A DNA stretch of 64,000 nucleotides from Girardia tigrina. Lineage: Eukaryota. Below are positions 51,371-64,000 of the stretch, one piece after another; position 1 is the stretch's first letter, and the number at the start of each line of letters is the position of its first letter. The stretch covers positions 50,472 to 114,471 of the forward strand of contig MQRK01235832.1 in NCBI GenBank assembly GCA_001938485.1, written 5' to 3'. The notes beneath the pieces are model-generated. The model did no database searches. It saw only the letters and a list, made by a program, of their open reading frames with translations, and was not told the origin of the DNA. A program made the position numbers and the translations under genes.

Positions 51371-54300
51371 TAATTGTATGTGTATGTTCTCATTTTGTTT
51401 ATAGTTCGTACAAAATGTGTTGCTATTAACCACACATTGTACGTATTTTACCATAAATTATTTATAATATCAATAACATGTAAAAATATTTATTAACGTA
51501 CAAATCTTGAAAAAAATATTACAAGTTAGCCTGTTAGAATGCTACACACAAGTAAAACATTCCTCTGTTTATTTCCCAATTCAGTTTTAATGTCTTTAAT
51601 GCATATGGTTCGCACAACAAGTTCTATATAATCTTCTTTGGTCAAAGGTTGATAACGTGGTATTTTATTAAGGAATTGTAAGCGATCAATTTAACCATTA
51701 CATATTTCATTAGTAAGACGTTTAATTTCTGCTTCTAAATCTATTTTAACCTATGTATTAAGCTGTTTGTTTATAAAGTTAAAACTAATTTATAACAAGA
51801 TATATTAACACAACAATACAACTTTTATCAACAACTTTTAATAATCCTCATTGTCTAAATTTAAAAATCACGTAATATCTTATTTTGGAAACACCTTATC
51901 AAGATAATCGCACAAACAAGGACCTTTTTTGTTTGAATTGTGTTTATGTTCAATTTCATCCTCTGAAACAGCTTCATATCTATTTATATGTTCACTTTCA
52001 TCCTCATTGTCTGAATTCAAGAATGGGGTAACTTCTTCAGGTTTTGCTACCTCATCAAGACCTCTTCTGTTTTATCAGGGAATCATCAGCTAGTTAGTTC
52101 TAACTAACAAAAGACGCATGCGTTATATTTATTATTATTAGGTTTAATTTAATTTTATAAAATTCCGTTCATAAATCTGAGAAAATACTTCAAACTACTG
52201 TTTACATCACGGGTAGTGAACCTTTTCATATCTACTTCACACTTTTTCACTTCGATTTGTAGTAAAATATTCTTACTACCCATCTTTTCTACAGTATTGA
52301 TAATTGATTAAGTAGGAAGATTTAGACAATTTATAGAGTTACAGAAAATTAAAAAATACAAATACAATATTTAAGTACACTAGAAAATATGTATCACAAT
52401 AAACTGTATCATGACAAAGTACCTTATATACACTGTATCAAATGCGATTTACTTAAAAAACCAATGATAAAACATATTTCTATATTAGTTGATTAATACA
52501 TTGAAATATATAGAAATATAGATTCCATTGTAATTAAATGTAATTGACTAATTGAATTATAAATGGAATCCTTGAGGTTGATGCTGCAAACTTAAATATA
52601 TATTAAAATATTAAACGTGCATTGGAAAAAGCGAAATTCTTAATACATTTCATATTAAGTTTCTGTAAATTGTTTAGTCTATTGAACTGGATCAACGTAG
52701 AAGGATTCTAACTAGTAGTGGTAAAAACATAATAGCGAACAATGTGATTTTAATTCCTTTTGTGTGATGTTTTTTTTAAAAATTCTTATTTATGTGAATA
52801 CAAAAAAGCAGTAAACACCTGCAATAGTGATAAGTTGGGCGATTAATACAAGAGCAAATAATCCGCATGCATTATTCAAGTCTTTTTATAGCTTTGAATT
52901 GTTGTACATCAAAACAAACGTATGTCTAAAAAGCGGTAGGGACCAGGTTGAATATCACTGAAATTACATAGTCGTAACATCATTTACTGCAATTGTAGAA
53001 AGCCATAAATTAGTCAGTCGAAATGACTGCACAACGGCCGTCGTCGTAAAATGAATGAATGATTTCAGATTTGGATACGAATGCTTTATTTATTTCTTAA
53101 TTGTTTTAATAAAATTTTATGTTTAAAAAAATGACTAATATTTAATACTCTATTTTTATATATTTATTTTCTTTCTATTATTATAATCGATAAAATCACC
53201 CATTAACTAATGGCAAAATAAACATAAATATTTATTTCAAACTGAAGAATAAAAGCGGAAAGTAGAGAGACAAAAATCAATAGCAATAAAAGACTTATTA
53301 CTTTTGTGAAAAAATAGAAAAGGCAATTTTTTCTTACTTTCTCCTTTATTTATTAGTAATAAAATAAAATAATAAAAGTTGAAAATTAGCAAAATATTTA
53401 TATAAAAATTTTTATTCGTCTGTAATTTTAAAATTAAAATAAAAAATTCAAATTAGAAATTCTCCTATTTATATAATTTTTCTCTTCTTTTTCTTCTTCT
53501 TCGAATATGCAATTTATTAGTGAAATGAAATTTATGAATTGAAATGATAAAATTAAATTATAATTTCCCAATTTTCTAACATGCTACAATTTATCACGTT
53601 TTATTTAGAAATATTTAAAAAAAAGAAATTAATCTTTTAAAAGAAAATATTCAATTTTAAAATATTTTTTAATATCCTAGAAAATTAGATAAAAAATCTA
53701 GTCATATTTTTTTTATTTTTTCTAATATTTATTTTATTTAAAATTAATTAAATATTATTTTGTGAAAAAAATAATTAAGAAAAATATTTATTGTAAAAAT
53801 TAAAAATAATTAGTAATATATCGTGTTTGGTACAGTCCCCGTGTTTCCACATAGACTGACCTTTGGTAGCAGAGAAGCAGGAGCTTTGAACCTCAGACAT
53901 TTCGTGCCATGCCAATTTTAAAATAGTTTTTTTTCAACTGTTATCATCTTTTAGATTAAGCGAAAGCCTTTTTCTTATTAATATCAGATGAAATCAAAAG
54001 AACATAAATTTCGCTTATTTATTATCTCGTAAAACACAAATTGTTTCATAATCTCTTTAAAATTCTCTCTTACTAAAAAAACAAGAAAAGTAATCTTAAA
54101 ATCACTATTATTCCACGTGGTTTGCTATGATTGGTTGACCAATCAGAGCGAGCCATTAGATTTAACTCATTTTTATTTACTTCACACCAATCAATCGGTA
54201 GTTCGGCCAACCCAATATTGACTCTTGATGAATCATCAACTGATAATAATTGTTCCTTTGAAATAAAATAAACAAAATTAACTTTTTTTAATTATTTTAA

Positions 54301-57300
54301 CTTATTAATTTTTTTATTTTATTTAATTTATATATAAGTGTGGAGGGCGGCAATCCAGTCTTCGATCGTTTCCCTGGTCAGAAAATTGAGCATGGGCTTG
54401 TCAATTACGGACTGATCGGTACCCTCAAACCGACGTCGTCAAGCGGTCTCTCGTTCGTCGGATTGCCGACCTGCGACCAACTCGGGTCAATCGATTCTAG
54501 TCGATTTGTCATTCATATTAAGATACTGTTCATTGGACAAGAAAAAAGATGCAAAATTGTAAATAAAAATAACAATATATAATAATTTTAATTTAAATTC
54601 CGAAACATATACTTATATATTTTAATTTTAATTTGATAATATAATTATTGAATATTATTTATTCTTAAAAAATATATTGCATTTTAAAAAAATTCATAAT
54701 GGCAATTTGCTATCGATTTGATTAAAAAATAAATTAAATTGAAAATTTAATTAATAAAAATTTTTGTCTTTAATTATTTAATCAAAGTTTTCTTCGATAA
54801 AGAAACAAATTGCAAAAGAAATTATTATTTATTGATAAACGATAGAAAGTAATGAAAAAGTGGTTTTTTTTCAAAGAAATCGAAATTTTTTTGGTTTCTT
54901 TTTTAGACGGAAAGAAAATTTAGATTTAAATGTAGAAAGATTAATTTTTTTAAAATACGTTTTAATTATTAGTTTTAGAATAGAATAAAAATTATAATAA
55001 ATGATTCGAGATTTAGATTGTATTACGGTTGCCCTGATCCTTTTCATACTCTCTTACATTTACATGGAATAATCCGTCTTGACTTTAGAAGCCCCAGGGT
55101 AGAATATTTATATTATTTTCAAAACTATCTTTTTTATTTATTAAATTTGTTCCATCATATTTGTCAGATCTGTAACTACTGAAACTGTAAATTATTGGAA
55201 TACCAGTTGAGAGAACATCTTAAAATAAATGTTTGAAATCTTCTAGGGGTTATTAAAACAAAACTAAGATCCAATTTTGTTAGCGTGACTTCTATAGTAT
55301 AAATTTGGTTAAGGATTTTTTTAAAAAAACATGAAAATCTTTTTTTTATTTATTTAGTAAGTGACGGATTATCAGAAATTTAGTCACTTTTTAATATTCT
55401 AATTGTGATTATTATAAAGACAGTTTAGATGACGAAATAAATTGTTACCGAAATTGCCTTTGGATATCACGATAAATAAAAAGAAATAATTTGTTAATAT
55501 AAAATAATTATAATTGTCAACAATTTTACAACGGAAAGAAAAACGAAGAGCAATGGTATAATTACATTGGAATGGGGAAAAGGTCAAACAGCTATAAGAA
55601 CGAATAAAGAACAAATAAAGAACAATAAATAAATAGCAAAATATATTATTAGATAAGAAGGGCCAAAATGATTTATTGACCGATTGCACTAACAAAGCAG
55701 ATTTTATAAAATAAAATCTCCGCTCAAATCTTAGGATCGATTATTTTGTGAGTCGGATACGTTATTTAATTATTTAAATTAATCAAATCAAAATCAATTG
55801 ACTTGTAAAAATATTTTTATTAAAAATATTTATAAAAATATACACAATTACAATTTTTTTACAGGTATAAAGCAATATCCCTTTGTGACTTGTATGATAT
55901 TATGTGACTGAGAAACACCGTTCTTCAATCTTGATTATTGAAATGTATAGTTATAAATTATTAATTAAATATATTAATGATGATAATTACAATTCTTTAA
56001 AAGTTAAAATATAATATTTTATTAAGAAGTTTTAATAAATTATAAGCGATGGTTCTCACCGACTGCCAAGGTAAACTGCAACACGCAAATCTCTTTAATT
56101 TCTCTTCGTTTCGCCAAAAGGAAGAATAATCAATCGCAATAATTGAATCAAGAAATCCTCAGGAAATGGCAAATAATTTTTCAGGAATTAAATAAAGAAT
56201 TATCCGACACTGGTCTAAGCAAATACGTCTATTGTAAATTTTGTTAAGAAATTAAAATAAGAATCTTATTTTAAAACAGACGAATCTAATAAACCGGTTC
56301 AAAAAATAAAATTACTGTAAAATCTCTTAAATTTGTTTGAATATTATATAATTTTGTTTATAAATAAATTTTCGAAAAGTTTTTAAATTTAAATTATTAT
56401 TATGTCTAAAGAAGAAAATATTTATGCTAGAAATGGCGTACCTAATTGTGAATATTACTTATTTATTACTCAACCATGATACGGTTCTGTTCAAACATCA
56501 ATATTCTATATTTTTTAGAAATTATTTATGGATGAATCAATACATGTTAATAAAGGCTTAAAAAGACAATCTTAGGTCCCAAATCATCAATTGATTTAAC
56601 AATTACGTCTAATGTACTTATTCCCATTATTTATTTGAGTGACGAAGAGAAGCTGGCGACTGACAGAAACTAACTTGTACTTAAACTGAAAACCATAAAA
56701 ATTAGAATGTTAAATTACAAGTCCCCATTGCCAAACAGTAGTGAGGGACAGGTTTATGTGCGTCAGTTTATCTTAAACAATTGGCAATTAAAATTAGTAA
56801 TTTTATCAAACAATAATTGAATTCCGACAAAATATTAAATCCCTATTTATCGTTGATTAAAGTTAGTAATAATCCCTCAATAAAATTCCTATAAAATTAA
56901 ATGATGTTTCCTTACTTCCTTACATTAAATATCAAGATTCAATAATTATATGAACATCCTTTTATATCAAGTAGTATATATTATCTATCAAGATTACTGT
57001 TTCCTATATTAAAAATGATTTATGGACCCATGTTAAGATAAGGAGCCCCTCATTGAGCGAATGACGAATATTATTTAATATAAATGGATTATTAATCATA
57101 AAACCTGATTAGACCTTGCAAAAACCTTATCAACCATGAGATTAAAATGGATTTTAGTAAATCCATTGGAATTTGACGCTCTTGAATATTTTCTGTAGTT
57201 CTCATCTACAACCTTCTTGATTATTCATGGATATCGTTCTCATATGAATTGAAATTCCATTTAGACTCAATCGCACTTCAAACTATTAAGAGCACTGACA

Positions 57301-58164
57301 TAATTATTATTAAAACATTTATTATCATTGAAATTTGAGTCATCCCCAAGATGATTCACCATTTGTCATCATTCTAATTAGTGCTATTTCTGAATTTTTT
57401 AAATCCTTTACCGAACAAATAAAAATGATGTTAAAATTGACTAAAAATTTAAAAAAATACCTTACTACATATGTAAATTAGGGCATTTAAACAAAACATA
57501 AAATTTTTAGTAAATATTTTTAATGATTTTTAATAAATAATAACTTTTAGTATTAAAATGGTCAGAATTTACGAGAAATTTATAATATACCAAAGAAATA
57601 CAAAAAAAAGAATTTCATTACAAAAGTGAATAATTTATTAAAATTGCACCGCGATACTTATAATACTATTATTTATTACTTTTAGTAATAAAATTTTAAG
57701 TAAATAATTTGTTATTTTATATTACAATAGGAATATTTAAATCCAAATTAAAAGGCGCAATAAAAATCAAAAACGAATCCTCGCGACCTAATTTGGGGTC
57801 GCGACCCACAGTTTAATATACGCTGATTTAGAGTATAAAAGGGAAATACTGTCGGATAGTTAGGTACGCAGGGTTCGTGTTAGTTAGTCTTCTTTTATTC
57901 CGTTTTTAAATCAATAAAAAAGCACATTGTAAAGTTGTTTTAAGTCAATAGATTTTAAAAGGAAAAGATAAACCGACGAGAAATAAATAGGTTTAAAGTG
58001 AGGTCTAAAGATCTGAATAAGACAAGAATGAATAATCTAACAATTATTTATATTATTAAACAATCTTTTCATTTGCTGCTAAAAGGAAAAGCACGATTGG
58101 CTGTTGGAAGAAAACTGAATTTAGAATCTGTTGAACATCAAATATTTCTGTTTTAAAATACATT

Positions 58165-59208
58165 ATGAGTAACACGACTGAGTTTTTTAACAATTCCACA
58201 TTGAGTAAAAATGAGAGAATAATCTACCAGATTCTTCTGTTCCTAGGAGCTCCGATTATCCTCTCCGGAATGATATCGAGTGTTCTAAGTACGATTATGT
58301 TTTTTAGGGATTCATTTACTCCTCGTTCGACAAAATTCATATTACAAACTTTATCAATAACTGATTTTCTATTTTTGATTTCTGTCGTTTTTTACATCGA
58401 AATGAAAATTATCTACGTCCTCTATCCGCACTTGACGTATGTCTTAAAACCAATCAGGGAAAAGTTTATATTCAGTGATATTCTTGTGATGCTCGTTAAC
58501 ATTTCCGAATTGTTCAGAAATTGGTTGACTGTCTTAATCGGCATTGAACGTTATTTAGTGACCTGTCACCCCTTGAAAGTGGCCAAGTACCAAGACTATA
58601 ATAAGTCACACCGTGCCGTTATAGCGATTGGTATATTTACAGTTTTGCTTCGACTGCCAATGCTTATTAGGCGCTTTACATACTACTCGGAAAATAGTCG
58701 AATGATGGAGATAAGTAAAAAATCCTTGGTTGCTCATCATATTATCGAAGCTATTTTTCAGTCCTTTCTACCAGTAGCAATTCTTTTCTTTTGCTTTGTC
58801 AAAATAACAAAAGCACTAAAAAAGTCGAAAGCCCTTCGACTGTTTCATCGAAGAAACGCCGTTTCGATTAAAAGGAAAATGCATATCACAAGAATGCTTA
58901 TAATAATAATAATCCTCTTTTCTCTTTGCAACACTCCCCACATAACGTTCGTGATAATCAAGCAAACGAAATTCTCAGATCTCACAATCATGTCAATGAT
59001 ATGTTGGTTTTTTAGTATTCTTTATTCTTCGAGCAACTTTTTCGTTTACATTATTTACATGAAACGGTATCGATATATTATTGCCAAAATGTTTGAAAAC
59101 GAATTATGTTGTTCTTGTGATACAATGGAATCTTCGGAGAATAGATACCAACTTGTGAGTAGTTACCACGAAAGGACGATTAAAACTTGTACATCAACAT
59201 TCCATTAA
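58165..59208 (+). CDS. Intronless rhodopsin-class GPCR, FMRFamide/peptide-receptor-like (347 aa)
   Basis: N-terminal N-glycosylation sites, seven hydrophobic segments, LSITD in TM2, ERYLVTCHPLK (DRY-like), FSLCNTP in TM6 and SNFFVY in TM7. Uninterrupted ORF. Confidence 0.92.
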   Translation: MSNTTEFFNNSTLSKNERIIYQILLFLGAPIILSGMISSVLSTIMFFRDSFTPRSTKFILQTLSITDFLFLISVVFYIEMKIIYVLYPHLTYVLKPIREKFIFSDILVMLVNISELFRNWLTVLIGIERYLVTCHPLKVAKYQDYNKSHRAVIAIGIFTVLLRLPMLIRRFTYYSENSRMMEISKKSLVAHHIIEAIFQSFLPVAILFFCFVKITKALKKSKALRLFHRRNAVSIKRKMHITRMLIIIIILFSLCNTPHITFVIIKQTKFSDLTIMSMICWFFSILYSSSNFFVYIIYMKRYRYIIAKMFENELCCSCDTMESSENRYQLVSSYHERTIKTCTSTFH

Positions 59209-59571
59209 TTGAAATATGATTTCATACGACTGATGTTCCTTGCTATCTGCATGAATATGTACTAGTGAAGAGCTCAAGACACATGGTTTATTGAGAGAAG
59301 AAGGAAGATCAAATCAAGTTATGAACCAAATGTTATTAGATTCAGCCATGGAATAGTTGATTAGAAATGACTTCAGTGTTTTTTATTTACTTTATTCATA
59401 TTATGAGTCTAAATTCAATGGATAAAATTCAGTTTATTTTTGTATTTTTAAAAAACATTAATTTCAAATTATATTGTGTAATTTATATTTATTCAGATAA
59501 TTAAAAAATAGTTGCATTTTATTTTTGAACACAGAAAGATGCAGTTTACAGGAAAAATTTTTATTATTACT

Positions 59572-59610
59572 GACAATTAATTTCGATAGTATATCCGTTA
59601 TCATAAGGTC
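59572..59610 (-). ncRNA. Degenerate hammerhead motif
   Basis: GAC-CTTATGA-TAACGG-ATATA-CTATC-GAAA-TTAATT-GTC. The core G is mutated; stem I GAC/GTC is retained. Confidence 0.45.
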
Positions 59611-59820
59611 ATTAATACATTATGAATTTTAAATCTGCGTATGTAGGCAAGCAGTGATTGTGTAATCAATGAATAGTTGCAATCTCTATTTGTTTGTTTC
59701 ATAGAGTATTTCGATTGATCAACCGTCTTTGTGATTTTGACGAAAGAGTTTCGACACATAAGGAGGTCACAGAGATATGATATTTATAAATCGAGTCTTG
59801 CGAACAAAAACATAATAGTA

Positions 59821-62188
59821 TATAGCGTGGCCACAGGTTTTTAAAATTTTTCTGGAACATTTCTACAAAAATGTGGGCTAATTTTTATTGTTTTAAAAAA
59901 CCGTAAAATTACAAACTATTTTTTTAATCATATAAAATGGTATTAATAATTTAGTTTTTATATTTTTCTGGGCTATGGATCTTCTTCAATAAGTCACAAT
60001 TTCCTTTGATCTCCCTGTAAAACTCAGAACAGATAAAATCAGTGTTACATGGAATGGAAATACACGCATTTATCGCGTCTATTGTCAGCTGGCTTTCATC
60101 ATATTTCCAAAATCTGTTTATCATTGAAAAGATTCTCTCAACTTCAACTGAAGTTCCTGCGACACTCATTGCGAATTCCACCAAAAACTCAGTATTAGTT
60201 ATTTTCACGAAAATGAGTAAAAACTTTCGTCCACATATGCTCTGCCGATGCGTTTGAATTATTCCAATCAGACTTTTGCAGATTAACATATGGAATTAGT
60301 TGATTGTATTCGTCGTGAAGGAAACTTTCATCAATACTGCATGTGTTTCTGTGTTCAAGAAAGAAATCTTAAGATTTCTCAACTAAGCTCCAATCAGGAC
60401 TTCTATAGAGGATCATCCAGTCAAAAACTTGAATTCCACCTGAGATATTTTCCCATTCTTGCAAATACTTGATAATGTCATTGAAAAGTCTTGAATTTGA
60501 CTATTGACGACGTTTTTTGCTTCATTATTTAAAATTTCAAGCTCTTGTCTCGCATCCTGTGGCAAAAAACTTTGATCTCGTCGGTTGATTAATTTAGATT
60601 TAAAGGTTTGAAGAATGGCGTTGATTTCAAAACCAGCAATTTGAGAATGCTCGAGTCTCAAAATAACATCATTGATAACCTTGATTTGATTATTGAGGAA
60701 ACAAAGCCTAAACTTTGTCGATTTGCAGCTGAAAAACTTTTGAATCACTGGTGGACATTTGTCGAGTGAAGCAAAATATTGCTTCAAAGGTGCGTAAAGC
60801 TCAAGGACTCGATTTAGAGCTGGTGATAGCGAAATAAATCGTGTTTTTGAATGAGATAGTGTCGGTTTGTATAAAACAACCAATTCCTCGCAAAGTGACT
60901 TGAAATTTTCGTTTCTTTTTGTGTGAATCATAAAGTATTTATGAATTTTGTACAAAGCCTTCTCAACGTCAATATCTAGCATCATACATGCTTTACATGT
61001 TGCATTGTGCATTACATGAACCTTGCGTCATGCACCAACAAGTTTACGATTAAGTTTCTTTTCAAGAATCCCCCAAATGTTTCCATCACTTGTTCTATTT
61101 AAACCACCAAAATTTAAATTTGTGTTATCAGTACTGAAGGAAATAATCTTATCAACAATTTGAAAATCATTTGCAATCTTTAAAATTTCCTCGACAATTG
61201 TTTCAGATCTTTCGTTTGTGATCGGAGTGAGTCCAATTCTCTTGCAGCTCACACCTTTGATGGGATCAAATGATCGTGTGATTATTGGAAGCATTTTTAT
61301 ATTTCCGTGATTTGAGGAGTCTGTCATGATTAAGATGAAGTGTGCATTGCTTAAGATGTTATGAACCTTTTCATCGATAAAAGGTGCAGAAACATGTTTC
61401 ACGATTGCCGTTGTCTTTGTCTTGCCGAGAGAAAACTTAGGTTCAAATAAAACTTTGAAGAGATTTGAAGAACAATCGTTAGAACGAAACGAAAAATTGT
61501 GTTTAACGCTATGAAAAGCAAGAATTCCTTCTTCCAAAGCAATTATTAGCTCTTCAGTTGTCGATTCAATTTTTTTGAAGAATTCAGTGACTTTTTTCAT
61601 GAGTTGGCATTTGAGATGGCTGTTTGATGGCGATCAGATTTTGAATGATCTACGATTGAAGATCTTCCACCTGAGGCAATTGAAAAAGATGTTGAGCATA
61701 AACTGCAAACGGCTCTTGAATCATTGCGCTCATCCTTCTTGATAAATTAATGTTGTTTTTCTCTTTTTTGAATTGCTCATTTTGAAAAATATGAGAATTT
61801 CTTAAATAAATAATTAAATTGATCAAAATAATCATACAAGATACATATACTTAATATACTTAGGATACGAAGCTCAATTAATTTACTTATCGATCAAAAT
61901 TTACATATATTAATTAATTTAACTTGAGCAGGTTGAAACAGAATAAAAATTTAAAATAAGATTGTTGGCGCGGATTTTAAAAAAATACGCTACAAAAGCA
62001 TATTGCTTATTAATATTAATAAATCATTATTTAAATTAAATAGCACTATAATTTATAAAAAGTAAAATTTTTTCAAATTTTTAAAAAAAATTGAAAATCG
62101 GGGACAAATCGTGTTCTTCGGGGACCGGGGACAAATGTTGAAAATTGGGGCCTGTCCCCGGAAATTCCTAGCAGATGGCCACGCTATA
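59821..62188 (-). mobile_element. Full-length hAT (Blackjack-like) transposon with a disrupted transposase
   Basis: 13-bp TIR TATAGCGTGGCCA, duplicated flank ATAGTA, subterminal GGGGAC repeats. Motifs TDSSNH, STDNTNLNFGG, HVMHNA, KTRFISL and TSVEVERIFS (dimerization domain). Confidence 0.9.
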
Positions 62189-62480
62189 ATAGTATCATTT
62201 TCAGAAACATTTTGTGACAAATATTTGTCATATGAATTTTAGAGTTATTAAAACCACCGACGCTAAGTACATAATTAGAATATTTTTTTAGACATTAAAA
62301 TTACCACAGTTAAAGTCAGAATCAATTTGGTCTAAGGACCCTGTTCCGATTGTTCAAGTGAAAAAATAGTTAACAAAAGTAACAGCATCAATGCATATGT
62401 ATCAAAAGTCTGTCATTTATGAACGAAGAGATTATCTCTCTCTCTCTCTTACAGTTATTATTATTTTTGTTGAATAAATT

Positions 62481-63053
62481 TTATTGAAAAATAATTACGC
62501 AACATCCTAATATCTGTTCTCCACATCTGGATTTCTTTCCACTACAATTGTTTAGCTTGAACAAGTTAATAAATAGACTATACACTTCGAATGAAGCTGA
62601 ACAGCAATCATCAAATTTAGAGTAGTCTTTATTAAGTGAGAAATTATCGACATTTAAAAAACTAATGTCCAAGTAAGGCCAAAAATATCCCCAATGAGCT
62701 TTCGCCAGGCCTGAATTTTGACACTTAAATACAGAAAAATTATGTAATGCATTCTTAAAGTTTGTATTGTTGCTTATAAAAGGTAAAGATAAGTACCCTC
62801 TGTCTGTTTCGCATTGTATTTGATTCTTCATGTGCTCAGATCCGCATTGGAACACTTCTATAGAACGGATGTTCTCCATCCGTGGTACAGCCTGTACTAT
62901 TACCAATAAAATTTGGAATTGTTTATTGCTTGAATCATTACAAACATTTGGGAAATACAAATTATAATTTTGAATGATCACTAAAATGATGAATAAACTA
63001 ACAGTTACCTTTTCCGAAAATATTTCCAGAAATATTCTTTTTAAGTTCAACAA
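62481..63053 (-). other. Unidentified Cys-rich ORF, possibly exons of a gene extending past the window end
   Basis: 190-codon open frame with internal GT/AG signals; further exon-like GC-richer patches at 63140-63366 and 63690-64000. No recognisable family. Confidence 0.25.
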
Positions 63054-64000
63054 CAGTTACATTTAATATTAAGTTAATCCTGATTGAATACTGTTATTTA
63101 TTTTTATATATTAATTGTTAGAGTCTAAGGCCACTTTGTTGGGAAAAGTTTCTTTGATCACAACTCTTGATCGAAGATCGTGTCGATCCCGTAGAATCGT
63201 TTGGGTTCCGCAGTCGGTACAATGCTAGTGGACCATATATGCAGTGCAGAATGTTCATTCAGATCAGACCACTTCGGTTCCATATTCATTCCGAGGAAAT
63301 CGGAATTCGATCAGTTCAATCCTGGTGGACCACTGCAATTTTGACGACGTGATTCATGATGAATATCTGTAATGATGAATAATTGTAACGAATAATTGTC
63401 TTTTCTATAACATAAAAGTTGAATTTGTTCTCAACACACATGAAAATTATCATTAAAGTACGATTTACTTTATGGTTTGCTTGCATCCACTGTGTCCCAT
63501 CTTTTTATTTTTCATATCTTAGAGATGATTTTTTGGTTGAAATCTAAAATGATCGCTATTTCCTACAAGAAATCTGTGGTTTTCTGACATAATAGTTTAT
63601 GAGAAATTGAAAATTATACAAAAATATGATTACAAAGTAATACAGGTTTGAATAATTTAATAGTTTGATGGTAAACAACACTTTACCAGATAGATGTAGG
63701 TCTTCTCCCCACGGCAGCAGCATATGAACTAACTCATGCGGCACTTACCCGTAATTAATGACTCATAGAGACTATCAGGAGCTGAGTCGGTGAATCATAC
63801 AGAAGTACTCAACTGATCATGGGCCCCACCACGTGTTTCCACGATCACGCTCAGAAAGCATGCTTTTTTAAAGATGTGAATTGCAGGCCCTGGCCTCCGT
63901 ACTATTTTAGTTAACACGCGAACAAGACAAGCTTCGGACACTTTAGCCTAGAGATGAGAGCTCTAATTTCTCAGGGAAACCTCGTGGAGGTATATCCGAC

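Noticed and set aside
55355-55385. TGACGGATTATCAGAAATT (and about 59709-59730) as hammerheads
   Set aside because: The CUGANGA core and stem II are not intact; at most eroded pLTR relics.
57780-57826. GGGTCGCGACCC hairpin as a terminator or structured RNA
   Set aside because: Matches the typical end of hAT/Charlie-type MITEs; similar orphan ends lie near 45400 and 52960.

Overview
AT-rich animal (invertebrate) genomic DNA with three N-gaps (8419-8795, 20374-20578, 35246-35295). The left 37 kb holds a minus-strand afadin/canoe (AFDN) gene. I reconstructed ten phase-consistent GT-AG exons by hand (RA1, RA2, DIL; no FHA exon is visible and the frame stops right after DIL). An intronless class A peptide-type GPCR lies at 58165-59208. 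Most of the rest is decayed mobile DNA: mariner, DD34E (Gambol-like), rosa-like and pogo elements, hAT, piggyBac, Gypsy LTRs and integrase, RTE/CR1 LINEs, a Crypton-like remnant and a Polinton-type ATPase. Small host-gene fragments (Hsp90, RFC-like, ubiquitin) are also present. The most striking signal not shown by the ORF track is a family of minimal hammerhead-ribozyme motifs (CUGANGA-stem II-GAAA-palindromic stem III) at the 3' ends of Penelope-like GIY-YIG elements. Six of them form three fold-back inverted repeats inside afadin introns, and one is split by a DNA transposon. All family assignments come from motif recognition by eye; no searches were run.
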